Assembly: GCA_032718475.1 (NCBI GenBank)
Contig: JAUCBJ010006790.1
Location: forward strand, 1 to 64,000
Reading direction: 5' to 3'
Source: Nemertoderma westbladi
Lineage: Eukaryota; Animalia; Xenacoelomorpha
Length of the DNA: 64,000 bases
The notes under the pieces were generated by a model. It searched no databases and was not told the origin of the DNA. It saw only the letters and a program-made list of their open reading frames with translations. Shown here piece after piece: positions 1-12,243 of the stretch (positions are counted from its first letter, which is position 1; each line of letters starts with the position of its first letter). Made by a program: the position numbers and the translations under genes.

Positions 1-2
1 CG

Positions 3-83
3 ATGCTGACCGGCCAGCTGTACGAGCATGCCGACAAGCTGCGCGCGCTGCTGCTCGCAACGGCGGGGCATTGGAATATCTGA
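3..83 (+). CDS. 3' end of a bacterial-type CDS (...MLTGQLYEHADKLRALLLATAGHWNI*), product unknown
   Basis: GC-rich codon usage; open from the window edge to TGA at 81-83, upstream of the GNAT gene. Confidence 0.4.
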   Translation: MLTGQLYEHADKLRALLLATAGHWNI

Positions 84-228
84 GACGGCCGGCCTTGCGG
101 AAGCGAGCGCGGGCCACGCGGCTTGGACCGCAGGCGGGCGCACCGGTCACGAGAATGGCGCGCGGGCTGCCGGCGGAGCGATTGGATGCCGTGCGTGCCC
201 GCGAAGGCAATACCGGGAAAGAGATGCG

Positions 229-750
229 ATGACCGAAGCGAATATCGAAATCAGACAAGCCGTCCCCAGCGATGCCCAGGCCATCGCGGCAATCCACGTC
301 GCGTCTTGGCGAGCCGACTATGCGAACCTCATGCCGGCCGCGTACCTGGACGGCCTTTCGGTCGAGCGGCGCATACTCGACTGGCGCAACGCGCTCGAAT
401 CGCGGCGCTTGCACGTGGCGCTCGCGCGCGACGCCGACGGCATCGCCGGCTGGATCGCCTACGGCAAATGCCGCGATTCGGACAAAGACGCGACGTGGGC
501 TGAAATCGAAGCACTCTATTTGCATCCCGCGCGCTACGGACAAGGCATCGGCGCATTGCTGATCGAGCACGCGTGCGCAGCGCTCGCAAAAATGGGATAC
601 GCACAGGTATCGCTGTGGGTGCTCGTCGAAAATAAACGCGCGCGGACGTTTTACGAACGTGCCGGTTTCGAGCACGACGAGCGGATCAAGACCTTCGAAC
701 TCGGCGGCGCTCAGCTTGCAGAGACGCGCTATCGACACCTTCTAGGCTAG
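229..750 (+). CDS. GNAT-family N-acetyltransferase (bacterial type, 173 aa)
   Basis: Start MTEANIEIRQA..DA..IAAIHVASW; acetyl-CoA motif LYLHPARYGQGIG; C-terminal LWVLVENKRARTFYERAGF; purine-rich GGGAAAGAG upstream of ATG 229. Confidence 0.88.
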   Translation: MTEANIEIRQAVPSDAQAIAAIHVASWRADYANLMPAAYLDGLSVERRILDWRNALESRRLHVALARDADGIAGWIAYGKCRDSDKDATWAEIEALYLHPARYGQGIGALLIEHACAALAKMGYAQVSLWVLVENKRARTFYERAGFEHDERIKTFELGGAQLAETRYRHLLG

Positions 751-1097
751 CGCGCCCGATCATCGCCACCCTCCGGCCCCCCGGCCGATCGTTCCCGCGA
801 ACAATCGCTAAAGATCAATTTATCGGAACGCGAGCTCACAACGAAAGACAACTCACGTAGGGCAGATAAAATTATTATTTTTGTTACACTTGACAAAGAT
901 ATTCACAATATTTTAATAAGTACGGGATAAGTAGTAGCTGATAATACGCAATAATCTTAATATGGATAACTTCTGCCATTAAAATATTATTGCCTTTATT
1001 ATTTTATTAGGGCGTTCTTATGCAAATTGATAAGAAAGCTGCTGAAGCTGCTGTTAAGTTGCTGAATTCTATAATTTGCATATATTACACATCGTCC

Positions 1098-1170
1098 TGC
1101 ACAACTTCTACTTATCGTAGAAAGGGCTCTAAGGAGTTTGGACTGCATATAAATTGTTCTAAAACATGAC
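1098..1170 (+). pseudogene. Tiny decayed RTE-like RT fragment
   Basis: Translates with one frameshift to AQLLLIVERA/SKEFGLHINCSKT, resembling AQRLLSSLEHAASSVGLFINSRKT in the RTE copy at 7.9 kb. Confidence 0.4.
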
Positions 1171-3699
1171 CGTTAATGTTAAATCAAGCTTGATCACCAT
1201 CTTTAATAATAAACTAAACAAACACGATTGACCATTTTCATTCCCAGAATCTTGCGGTTTTTTTTGGAGGGGTCAGGTGAAGCAAAGGCTGATACAGCGC
1301 CTTCTGTAGTTGACTTCCGCTCTGGATTAGGTTGCACAAATCAACCGAGAAATCCTTCTCAAGCTATTTAGTATTTTGATGTTGAAGAAAACGCCTAAAG
1401 TGAAGATTAACCCCGAGGGAACTATTTTCAACTCCTCGAGTCGTTACAGGACCTACATTAATTACATTGGCGGCGATTGGCATCGGGTCACTTCCATTCG
1501 AGAAACATCAATAAACACTGAATTACCTTTGAGATAATGATGGCTAAACATTTCAGAGGTTGTGTCGTGAATTTATAATGTTTTAAGATAGGTTTACTCC
1601 TTAGCGTAAAATAATTAAATCTAATTAATAATTGAATTCGTAGTAATTGAGTCTTTGGTGGTAATGTTCAGAAAAATTAGTTACCATAACACAATTTACG
1701 TTAAACACAAACAGTTAATCAGAGAGTTTTTAATCAATAACGAAGGGGACTTAGGTTTCCTTTTCACTCCAATTGGAAGTGACTTCGTACATTTATAAAT
1801 ATCGGTGTGTCGTGTAGGCCTAGTGCCTGTTCCGGGCACTATCCGAGCTTCCAGAAGAAATGCACAGCCGTATTTTCCTCTCAACCTTAAAAGTTGCTCT
1901 TCTACACTTTCTGTGGTTGTTATGTGTGATGCCAGCGCGGCAGCCACAGTATTAAATATTTTACAAGTTAATCGCGCGAGTAGGTCTATATTACATATTA
2001 GATAGTTCACGGATTCAAGTAACGATTTTATTATGTAAAACTACTTTTTCTGATTGGTGTACGATAATCTGCTCGAAGAAATTTTCACCTCTGTTGCAGG
2101 CGGACGGTGCAGAAAATACACTGACAGAGCATGGGCTACATATCTACCTACTTAATGTTTTCGCGGTAACATACAGACCTAAAACAGGGAAAACATGTGT
2201 TTGTAGCGAATATGTTTAACTCCAGTTCAGCAGATATTACTGATAAATTAAAAATTAGTCATTCTTCCACCATAAATGTTCATTCGACCACCAAATATGC
2301 AGAGATGGCAGTAGAAAAATAACATCTAGTGCTTTCTCGCGTTTAGATTTAGTAAGATATTACGATTAAAGAAATCTGATTTTACAATTCCGCGAAAATA
2401 CGGATTAAAAAGTCGGACAAAAATATTTTGTAAAAGTAATAGTTATTTATCGGCATTTTTGGAAGATTGATTGGATAATTACCGGTACATTAATGTCTTT
2501 ATTCCCCGCACATTATAGTTTTCAGATTATAGTCTTCAGAAATTTTAATTTTTCCAGATATAAAAACTCTGATATTGTATTCGAAAATCATGAAATGAGA
2601 GTGACAGTTGTAATGATGCGACGCCGTTTTCCAAGTGCCTTGTTTGTCTTCTTTACAGCTCCTCCTTTTGTCAACATCTTGAGAAAACTACGAACTGCGT
2701 ACCAGAGTTTGAGAAATTGGTCATTAAAATTAAACGGTAATGCAATTGTTCAATTAAGCGTGTAGGATCGTGCCAGTTGACAATAGCTGGTGTAAAGAGA
2801 ACCTATGTATTCCTACATCCCGCAGTACAGGAGCAGGTTAGGTCCAAATTCCGAGAGACTAGTACGCAGGACCGGTGCCCTCCCGCCTAAGGTTAATTGA
2901 CAATTAGGCAGTGTTCCTGTCAAGGAGAATGTAGTCCAGGCCACTAACATATGAAGTGTATGGCACGCACCACTAGCAAATTAACGAGGTATGGGGACAC
3001 CTAATTAGAATGCATCCACAGACCGGTCACCATGCATTAGGATAAATAACAGTAACAGTTAATGTAATTACCGTGTATTTCAATTGCTGTGTTTCCTAGA
3101 CGCAATTAGAATGAAACTAAACCAATACGTCAGGAACTCGATTTAATGTCACGCCCAGCAACTGGAAATTGTAATAATATTAATAATAGTTTTAATCTAA
3201 GTCTTCGCGGTGTTCAGGCTTTGAAAACTAGGACGTGGAATAAAATATATATTAAAAAATATAACTTTCTAAAGAGATTTCAATACTGTACTGATACGTG
3301 TGTGGAGTAGACCTATAGTATGCTTGAAGTATTATACTGAAAGTATTATTCAATAGTACATATTTTTCCCAATTAATGGGGGTACTGGCTTGCAAATTTT
3401 TTTCCATTCCTATTCCATCTATATGATATTTTTATTATCAGGATTAAAAATGTAAAAACCGTTATATCTGTTAGATCTCTTATACTACTTAATGTCCCTA
3501 CAACTAATTAATGAACTGCAATTCAGTCGAGGGCGGTTAGTTCAATTAATGTGCCTGCATTCCTTCAAGACCTTCAAACAGTGATATGTTTTCCAGTGAT
3601 AATTGTAAAAATTCCCTTGATATCTAATTATATTAATCTAATTATGTATCTAATTATGAAAATGCATGTAGGTTTTAGACAAACACGCCCCCTGCAGAG

Positions 3700-5440
3700 A
3701 TTGGTGAAGCAAAAAGATAGAAGAGGAGTCTGGAGCGTCAGTTTAGGAAAACAAATCTTGAGGTACATTTGCTTATTAGGGATCAATGTTTATCAGTTAG
3801 CCTACTGTACTAATTTGGTTGAAATTGCCAAGAAAAACTACTATAAGTCAATTGTTCAAGTTCAAGCTAATAGTGGAAATCAAAGACAGCTATTTAAATG
3901 CGTTGGTCAACTAGTTTCTGCTAATCTGAATGGTATTTTGCTTCAAAGGGATAATGATTTAGACCTAGCGAATGATTTTGCTGAGTTTTTTGAGCAAAAG
4001 ATCGACAATATTCATGAGGAATTGATTGATATCAATAATGCAATTCAGGTTAATCCTTGGATGAATTCAACCCAGTATGATACATGGATGCATTGGATTG
4101 CTGTTACCATTGTTTGTAATTATAATTATTCTGTCATTGTCGGTAAGGCAAGTCCCACAACTCTTAAAAGATAGTGTATTGCGTCCATTGATTAAGAAGA
4201 GGCGTCTTAACCCTGACATATTAAATAAATTTCGCCCGGTATCAAACTTGAAATTTCTTGCGAAGATAACTGAAAAGGTTGTTGCACAGCAATTAATAAA
4301 TTATTTACACTTGCATTCTTTATAGGAACCATTTCAGAGCGCAAATATAGGGGATCTCATAGTGTGGAAACGGCGCTGACTGCGTGTAAATAATGATATT
4401 CTCAACAGCATCGATAATGGGTCCTGCGTTCTCCTAATTATGCTCGACTTAAGTGCCGCGTTTGATGCCATTGGCCATTCCATACTATTACAAATTCTAG
4501 AGCATAATGTTGGTGTAACTGGGAATGCTTTAAATTGGTTTCGCTCATACCTTAGTGAGCGTTCTCATCGAGTACTTGTTTGGAGATAGTTATTCACAAA
4601 AAAAATATTTGAAATATGGAGTTCCACAGGGTTCTGTTCTTGGGCCATTATTATTTTCAATGTATTCGCATACATACGCCTTCCTTTTCTAACGTAATTC
4701 GGCGACATGGTCTAAAATATCATCTGTATGCTGATGATACTCAGCTATATGTTTCATTTAAACGTAGTGAGCTTTCGGAGGTCATTGATGTTAGGCAGAT
4801 TGCATTGCTGATATTAAAATTTTATGAATATGAATGCTAATCCGAAGAAAAGTGGTGGAAGGTACTAAATCTGCCAGGAATATTGGTTTTATTGAGGATA
4901 AACACCTGAGGATGGATGGATAAACACCTGAGGATGGATGGATAAACACCTGAGGATGGATGGATAAACACCTGAGGATGGATGGATAAACACCTGAGGA
5001 TGGATGGATAAACACCTGAGGATGGATGGATAAACACCTGAGGATGGATGGATAAACAAATAGCTCACGTAGTTAAGGAGTCTCTTCATTCTACCACATT
5101 CGTAACTTGTCGAGGATTACGAAATATTTGACCAAAAAAGACTTGGAGACTTTATTCTCATCTCGGTTGGACTTGAACAATTCATTATACTTTGGGTTAC
5201 CACACAGAAATATATGAAGAAGCTGCAATATGTACAGAACTGTTCTGCTATATGGCTCTGTAAAGTCAGAAAAAATGACCACAAACCTCCAGTCTTGAAA
5301 AAACTCCATTGGCTACCAGTTCATAGACGAATTGACTACAAGATAACGGTTCTTACTTATAAATGCCTACATGAAACGGCTCCGGATTACTTATCTGAAT
5401 TACTTTCACTTTACCATCCAACACGTAATCTATTCTCTGT
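3700..5440 (+). mobile_element. Degenerate L2/CR1-group LINE ORF2 (reverse transcriptase region), many frameshifts and stops
   Basis: PLIKK..LNPDILNKFRPVSNLKFLAKITEKVVAQQL; LDLSAAFD; GVPQGSVLGPLLF; YADDTQLY; KLHWLPVHRRIDYKI..LTYKCLH..APDYLSELL. Confidence 0.88.
4896..5058 (+). repeat. 22-bp minisatellite (GGATAAACACCTGAGGATGGAT) x7 plus a partial copy, expanded inside the L2 ORF
   Basis: Perfect tandem copies; the flanks read RNIGFIEDKHLRMD/KQIA of the LINE. Confidence 0.95.
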
Positions 5441-5637
5441 AGCCCTGTTAGTGTGGAATGCGCACTTTTTATATTTTTTTATATTTGTACTTTTCATTAT
5501 TATTATCACTATTGATATTATTATTATTATGCAAGCACAAACCATTGTACTATTGTACCATTGTACCACTGTAGTAATGTAATTATAATTAGATGTAATT
5601 ATAACGGTATATCATGGGAGGAGGATGTAGTGGGGAA

Positions 5638-5699
5638 TATAGGGGGGGGGAGGGGGGGAGGGGGGGGGGGTAAGGGGGGGGGGGGGGGGTAAGGGGTGG
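5638..5699. repeat. G-rich low-complexity tract
   Basis: Interrupted poly-G runs. Confidence 0.85.
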
Positions 5700-7526
5700 A
5701 TTTACCAATTACCCTACTGTATGGTGATTGACTTTACTACAGTATTACCGATTTTAAACTCTACTTGGTTCATTGCATTCTAAATTTTGAGTTTTTAGAG
5801 CTGTTACTTATGATTATATTTTATTTATATTTAAAAGTTAAGCGACTAATAGTAAAAACCGCACCGGTAGGTATGTACAACAAGCAAGGACTACTGAAGC
5901 AAAGACTGACACACAGTAAATACAGACTTCGCTAGCGAAGGCCATGTTGTTTATGTTACCTGTAACCAGTTTGAATGATAAACATACACATTCTGGGGTA
6001 AAATATTATGGAGAATATATTTCTGGTATTAGTGTTTCAATTATCTGTTGCTTTCATGAATTATTTTCTATATTTTTTGTGTTTAAATGGCAATTTATTG
6101 GATATGTGTCAATGTGCGGCACGAAAAATACAATGTAGCACAAATTTCATAATCAAAAATCATCACCAAATCAACCTGATTTTTCGACATTAAGGGTTTT
6201 CTGGGACGCTGATCACGAATATAACACTCAAAAATATCGTATTATCCAACCCAATTCAATTTTTGACGTTTGGAATTTTTTGCTACTTGTACTTTTCGTC
6301 TTGGGGTACAAAAATAGCACCAAAAATGATAGTTGCATTGCTAGAAAATATTTTTAACAAGTTTTATCGTGATCAGCGACTTCGATAACCCTTATATATG
6401 AGCCAAGATCTAAAAAATTCTAAAATGACCCCCTTAACCGGGCCAATTACGTTGTAAAATGGCCCGGGCCAGATAGGGTTAATGGATAGCCTTGTATTGC
6501 GACCATATATAATCAAGCTTTGGGGCTATGAGTATGTCTTTGTACTTCAAGTTGTCGAGTCATAAACTCCAACTGACTCTAGTGTTTCGAATTCCCAGAG
6601 CTGCAGAGTCGACGACCTTCCAAATAAGGGATTTGGGATCTGTGTCCCTTTTCACCGTTGTCACAACTTATCTCAATTGCGACCAATGGACAGTTGGTTA
6701 TTTGGTCCCAGGCAGTGTCGCAACGACAGACGATCTGCAGTACATGGCATATCGTGCACCCAGGAGTAGATCCCAGCATCAAGTTCAACAAACCCAGCTA
6801 CCAAGTCCAGAAGTCCTTCGAGTTCCATGAGCTAATCTGTCGTTCTTCAACAGACGGAGTTTGACGTGGCATCCATCAATTCAATTCAATTCAATTCAAT
6901 TTTAGTGTAGCTCTTCTAAAGGTCTAGATTACTGCATGAGATACAAATTAATGAGTACTTACGACAATAGACATAATTAAACCAGTGTTATGGAATGGAG
7001 AGATCATTAAGTATGAAACTTACGGAAATATTAGTTGAGTACGAGATATACTACTGAGGCGAATAATTGGATACACACACAGTTTATTATACACACACAA
7101 TAAGACTTTATACATACAGTACACGCACAGATAAACAGCAATAGCTAGAGTTAACCGAAGTACTCCCAAATAGCATAGCTAGTGCGGGCAATTCTTGGCT
7201 TAATTTGAAGAACAGTGGGCTGCAGATTTGTAGATTTGATTTAATTGAACTTTTAGGTAATGTTATGGTTATGGCAGTTTCTAGATGCTGTTAATTGCAC
7301 TTTTACTAAAGAAAAAAAAGAAAGTAAAATATAGTTGCTGTGCTCATGATGTGTGACATACACTTATTAGATTTAAAATAAACTAAACTCGAAGTACTGA
7401 AGAAACTAAAGTCGAAGGTATACCAGTGTACATGTTGTTGGTACTCCGGGAAATTCATTTAGTGTAACAGTTTGTTGCAACGACCCAACCGGGAACCGGC
7501 CACAGTACCTTTGCTGCAGTACCTTG

Positions 7527-8698
7527 ATCTCGATTGCTGCAAAGCTATACAATAGGATTCTATTAAATCGCATCAGGAATCCCATTGAGAGACTGCTCCG
7601 TGGAAATCAGAATGGGTTCCGTAAAGGTCGTGGGACCATGGAGCCCATTTTGGCACTTAGAAGGATAATTGAAGAGTTATCAAAAAGGAAAGACAGACAT
7701 CTGGCTGTTATGGGGCGTCCTCCAAGGAGACACACTTGCACCATTCTTGTTCATTATTGTGGTTGACTATGTTCTACGCATGTCCTTAGATCATCATAAT
7801 AATGATGGGGTGATGATAACTCCACCTACTGGCTCCAGAAGTCGAGGAAATCCTGCCAAGTACCTAACTGATCTAGACTTTGCTGATGACTTAGGAGTAC
7901 TCTCAGAATCATTAGAGGGAGCCCAACGGCTCCTCAGCTCATTAGAACATGCTGCTTCTAGTGTTGGTCTTTTTATTAACTCCAGAAAGACCAAAATTTT
8001 GACAGTTAACTTTGAAAGTCCTCAGCAAGTCTCTGATCGGATGAGCATAAGCTCAAAGGATGGTATGCTTGAGCATGTGGACGACTTCTGTTACCTGGGA
8101 TCATGGATCCGGAAGTCAGGTGAGGACCTTCGAATACGTAAGGGAAAGGCATGGGCAGCCTTGAATAGGCTTTCCAGGATTTGGAAGTCACCGAGAATTA
8201 ATCGGAAACTTAAGGTCCGATTATTTAGAGCAGCAGTAGTTCCAGTACTCCTCTATGGGAGTCCATGCTGGGCTCTAACTGCTGAGGACACCAAATCTCT
8301 GGATGGCACATTCACAAGAATGCTACGCTGGGTTCATTGTGTCAAGTACAATGCACACATCTCCAACCAGACACTATATAACATTGGAGGTGTCTCATTG
8401 GTTCCCCCAAGCATGACACTAGAACAAAATCGCCTCCGCTTTGCAGGACATTGCTTTCGCCGTGGGGACTAGCCAGTGCATAATCTTGTACTTTGGCAGC
8501 CTCATGGAGTGAATAAGCATGGTGGACAGCCCATGACTTTCTTGAGACGCATGTTAAAGGACACTGGCCTTGAAGATGCGGATGATGTAGCAAATGTCAT
8601 GGGTGATAGGGAGTTGTGGCGTGCTATTTTGTCGATAAGCCGGCAGAGCATTCTTAAAAATGCAGCTGCAATGCAGCATGCCGATCCTAGTAGTAGTA
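7527..8698 (+). mobile_element. 5'-truncated RTE-clade LINE with internal deletion, (TAG)n tail and 10-bp TSD
   Basis: AAKLYNRILLNRI..QNGFRKGR; GVLQGDTLAPFLF; DLDFADDL; RLRFAGHCFR; tail TAGTAGTAGTA; CAGTACCTTG at 7517-7526 and 8699-8708. Confidence 0.88.
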
Positions 8699-9013
8699 CA
8701 GTACCTTGCTGTGCGGAACATCCTCGGGAAACTCTAGCCAGTCAGCCAGTGGGTGATGCAGATGACCGCTTTCTACCCTTCGCCCTTAGATGAAAGCGAA
8801 AGGCGAACCATCATAGTGTCATCCTGTCATCGCCGAGTCGCATTGGCAATGCGGCAAACCAGCTACTAATAACCAAATCAAATTAATAGTTACGGTCTGA
8901 CGGTTGTGTGGCGAAATGTCGTTGGTACTGTACGTGCTTGTGCTACCAGGCTACGGCGCTTCTGAGGGTTACCCGAACTAGGGGGTGTGTACAAAACAAA
9001 GACCTAAGACCTC

Positions 9014-9430
9014 ACAAAAGTAAGACCCCCCTGGTACAAATGTAAGACCCCCTGGTACAAAAGTAAGACCCCCCGGTACAAAAGTAAGACCACCCCTGGT
9101 ATAAAAGTAAGACCCCCCTGGTACAAATGTAAGACCCCCCTGGTACAAAAGTAAGACCCCCCTGGTTCAAAAGTAAGACCACCTGGTACAAAAGTAAGAC
9201 CCCCCTGGTACAAAAGTAAGACCCCCCCCCCCCCTGGTACAAAAGTAAGATCCCCCTGGTGCATATGTAAGACCCCCCCTGGTACAAAAGTAAGACCCCC
9301 CTGGTACAAAAGAAAGACCCCCCTGGTACAAAAGTAAGACCCCCCTGGTACAAAAGTAAGACCCCCCCCCCCTGGTATAAAAGTAAGAGCCCCTCAGGCT
9401 GCCAGGTACAAAAGTAAGACCCCTGGTACA
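9014..9430 (+). repeat. ~21-22 bp minisatellite (GGTACAAAAGTAAGACCCCCCT)n, roughly 18-19 copies
   Basis: Direct tandem copies with variable C-run length. Confidence 0.92.
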
Positions 9431-10859
9431 ACCCTGTCAAACACAGTAGAGTACACGTTCGTGGGGCCTTCGCGCAGCACGAGGCCCAGTTATGAGATAC
9501 AAATTAAAATTGAGCGACTGTATCACAAAATCAGGTTTTGAGAAATTTACCCACACCACCAATCAATCAAAGAAAGGGGGACAGTACGTGTTCACCCCTT
9601 TTAATCCCCCCCCCCCCCCACCCTTCCCAACCACCAATACATAACCGCGACATCTACCACCCAGGGAAGGGTAACACGAACTTATTTCCAATCGCACGTT
9701 CAATATGCAAAGCCAGGTGGTTTATAGGAATATAATAAACGCAGTACTCGTATTCATTATAAGCCTCGTTGCGTTCGTCCTGTTTTGTATTTAAATATAT
9801 TTCTTAAACGCAGGCTAGGACGTTCTTTATAATAATAATAACTAGGGATGCGATCAATATGTGAAGCCAGGTGGTTTATATAATAATTTAGTCAACGCAG
9901 TACTCGTCTTCATTATATGCCTCGTTGCGCTCGTCGCTTGTCCTGTTTTGTTATAAAATATTTTTCCTAAACGCAGACTGACGATCTTTATACAGTTATA
10001 ACTATGCGAAGTTTCGAAACTGTGCGAGTAACTGTTGATACATCTATGTGGATATGTGTGATATGTGGAGATGTGTGATACAACGCCAACGCATCTTATG
10101 CCGATGTAGTAATATGGGTATTGAAATAATATTAAATTAATGTACACTCTTAAAGCTGCAGCGAAAAAATGTAGCTAATTTCCTAGGTTACATATAAAAT
10201 AATAATATTATTTTTAAGAACATTAATTTTACTACTTTGCAAAAATTCAATTAAAAAATAACCAGACATATACATTGTGGAATAAACTAGTTCAGAAGCC
10301 TACACAACAGCCATGCCATGGATAGTATTTATGTTATGATATCTGTCATTCACCTGAGATAGCAATACAACATTTATAGTGAATTTAAAGAATGCTGTCT
10401 GGGCTGGAATAGCAATACTGGTTGTCTATTACTATTCCTCTCTGGTTAGTCTTAGCAACAACTCCCAGCCAGCAGCAGAGACTTGACCAATAATCATTCC
10501 CAGCAACTGGGAATGACACACACATCCCATCTATGTACCAGCATGTTGGCCAATAAATGAGCAGTATTTAATGAGAATAAATTTTTTTTGCCGTTTTAAT
10601 TACTTTAGATCAATTAAAGACACAATTATTAAAGCAAATCACTTGAACTAATTAAAAACTATAATAGAATGGCGTATGGGGATTACATCTGTATAATTTT
10701 TAATTATAATTATTTAAATCTTATACTGTAAAACAATTAATTTCCTTTAAAAGGCAGGTTGAAAATGGTGTTTTTACCGTAATAACTTAATTAACTAATT
10801 AACTGCTATTATCTTAGCTTCTCGAAGGCCACACTGAAATTCTACTTGGAAAATTTCTA

Positions 10860-11070
10860 AACTTTTGCCAAACAACATGTGTACCAAGTTTGGATAGATT
10901 TCATCAAAGATTGGCCGAGTTATTAACGTTTAAAATTGAACGCGACAGAACGACAGAACGACAGAACGACAGAACGACAGAACGACAGAACGACAGAACG
11001 ACAGAACGACAGGTTGATTAATGGTACCACTACGCTAAGGCTCACTCACTTCGTGGCTCGCCCCACAGCC
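10860..11070 (+). mobile_element. Helentron/HINE-like non-autonomous relic with (CGACAGAA)8 microsatellite
   Basis: TGTACCAAGTTTGG motif, 8-bp tandem at 10943-11012, GC-rich stem-loop-like end at ~11030-11066. Confidence 0.45.
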
Positions 11071-11480
11071 TGACAGCAGTACCATGCTGCCATGGTATTT
11101 CAGTCAGTCTGTAAGTAAGTACAGTAGGCCTATGCTGTGCTGGTGCTGTATGATGACTGGTGGCGGGTTATCATTACCGCATTACTGCTGTACGCGTACG
11201 GTACTGGGTACTGGTGCGCGGTACGTAGCAGCCTAGCATTACGCATTATGTCTCTATGTATGGTTTTGTGTTCTGGTTTTGTGACATTACATCCAGACAT
11301 CCTAGTTCAGCAGTTCAACGTTCACCATTTTAAGTAAAATATCATGTTTGCCTGTCTGCCTGTAGCGCTGTAGGTGGTAGGACTACGGTAGTTTAACATT
11401 AGGCCTACTATAAGATTTAGGTTAACTGTAAGCAGTAAGAAGAGTTTCAGTTTTCAATTCTCAGTTTTTTCAAAATATTA

Positions 11481-12065
11481 GGGTAGGCTGGGGTTGTATG
11501 GCCATTTTTTTAACTTTTTTTAATCCCACGGGAGCACAGTTACATGAAACCATCATGGTCAACCCTAGGGAGAAACCTACACATCTCAGCTAAACTTTTG
11601 AAACCTATGGTAATTTTCGATTCCAGGTCCCCAGGGGGGATTTTTTTTTAAACTGGGGTGGCCATACCACCCCAGGGCGGGGTGGTATGGCCACCAATAT
11701 TGTATAAATTTCAAATGCCTTAGCACCTCTCTCATGGGGTTGTATGGCCATTGGAATGACTTTACATTACAATATGGGCAAGCATTAACTTGTTCCAGAA
11801 AGGCACCTGTTAGTGTGTGTTACTCTAAATTCACAAAACCTAAAAGTTGTACTTTTTCATGAACTGGAACTTTGCCATGTCACTGTAAAATAATGGAATC
11901 ATTTGACTGTTTGAAGATATGGTTTAGCTGTCATTTTATTGGAAAATTATTCAGCTTCATTTAGAAGTAATAAAAACTGACCGACATTAAAATAAAGTAA
12001 AGTTATAACACTTTATGTCAAGGGTGGCCATACAACCCACATGGCCATACAACCCCGGTTTACCC
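11481..12065. mobile_element. MITE with ~24-bp TIRs and TA TSD (Tc1/mariner-pogo-like)
   Basis: TA|GGGTAGGCTGGGGTTGTATGGCCA ... TGGCCATACAACCCCGGTTTACCC|TA; further internal copies of the GGGTTGTATGGCCA motif. Confidence 0.8.
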
Positions 12066-12243
12066 TACATTTTGTTCGCATCTGAAGGTTCCCCCATTCC
12101 CACAGATTTCGTAAACTGCTAACGCCAATTTTCCTCAGTATAGTCCTAACTTTTCTTAAACTTTGAGGTGCCGGCAAATACATTATTGTACTAACTATTT
12201 TACACATCAATGTCGCAGCAACGAGAGAAAGCCGCCCCAATAT

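Noticed and set aside
28-228. N-terminal extension of the 240-aa ORF
   Set aside because: It overlaps the upstream CDS end and looks non-coding; the GNAT fold starts at ATG 229
4791-5089. Three repetitive minus-strand ORFs
   Set aside because: Artefacts of the 22-bp minisatellite
6190-6482. Possible piggyBac-like end (...GATAGGG|TTAA)
   Set aside because: No convincing partner TIR or transposase identified
6528-6864. Overlapping small ORFs in a more GC-rich patch
   Set aside because: No recognisable motif; probably an old TE fragment
9004-9440. CRISPR-like appearance and GGLTFVP repeat ORFs
   Set aside because: Head-to-tail minisatellite with no unique spacers and no cas genes
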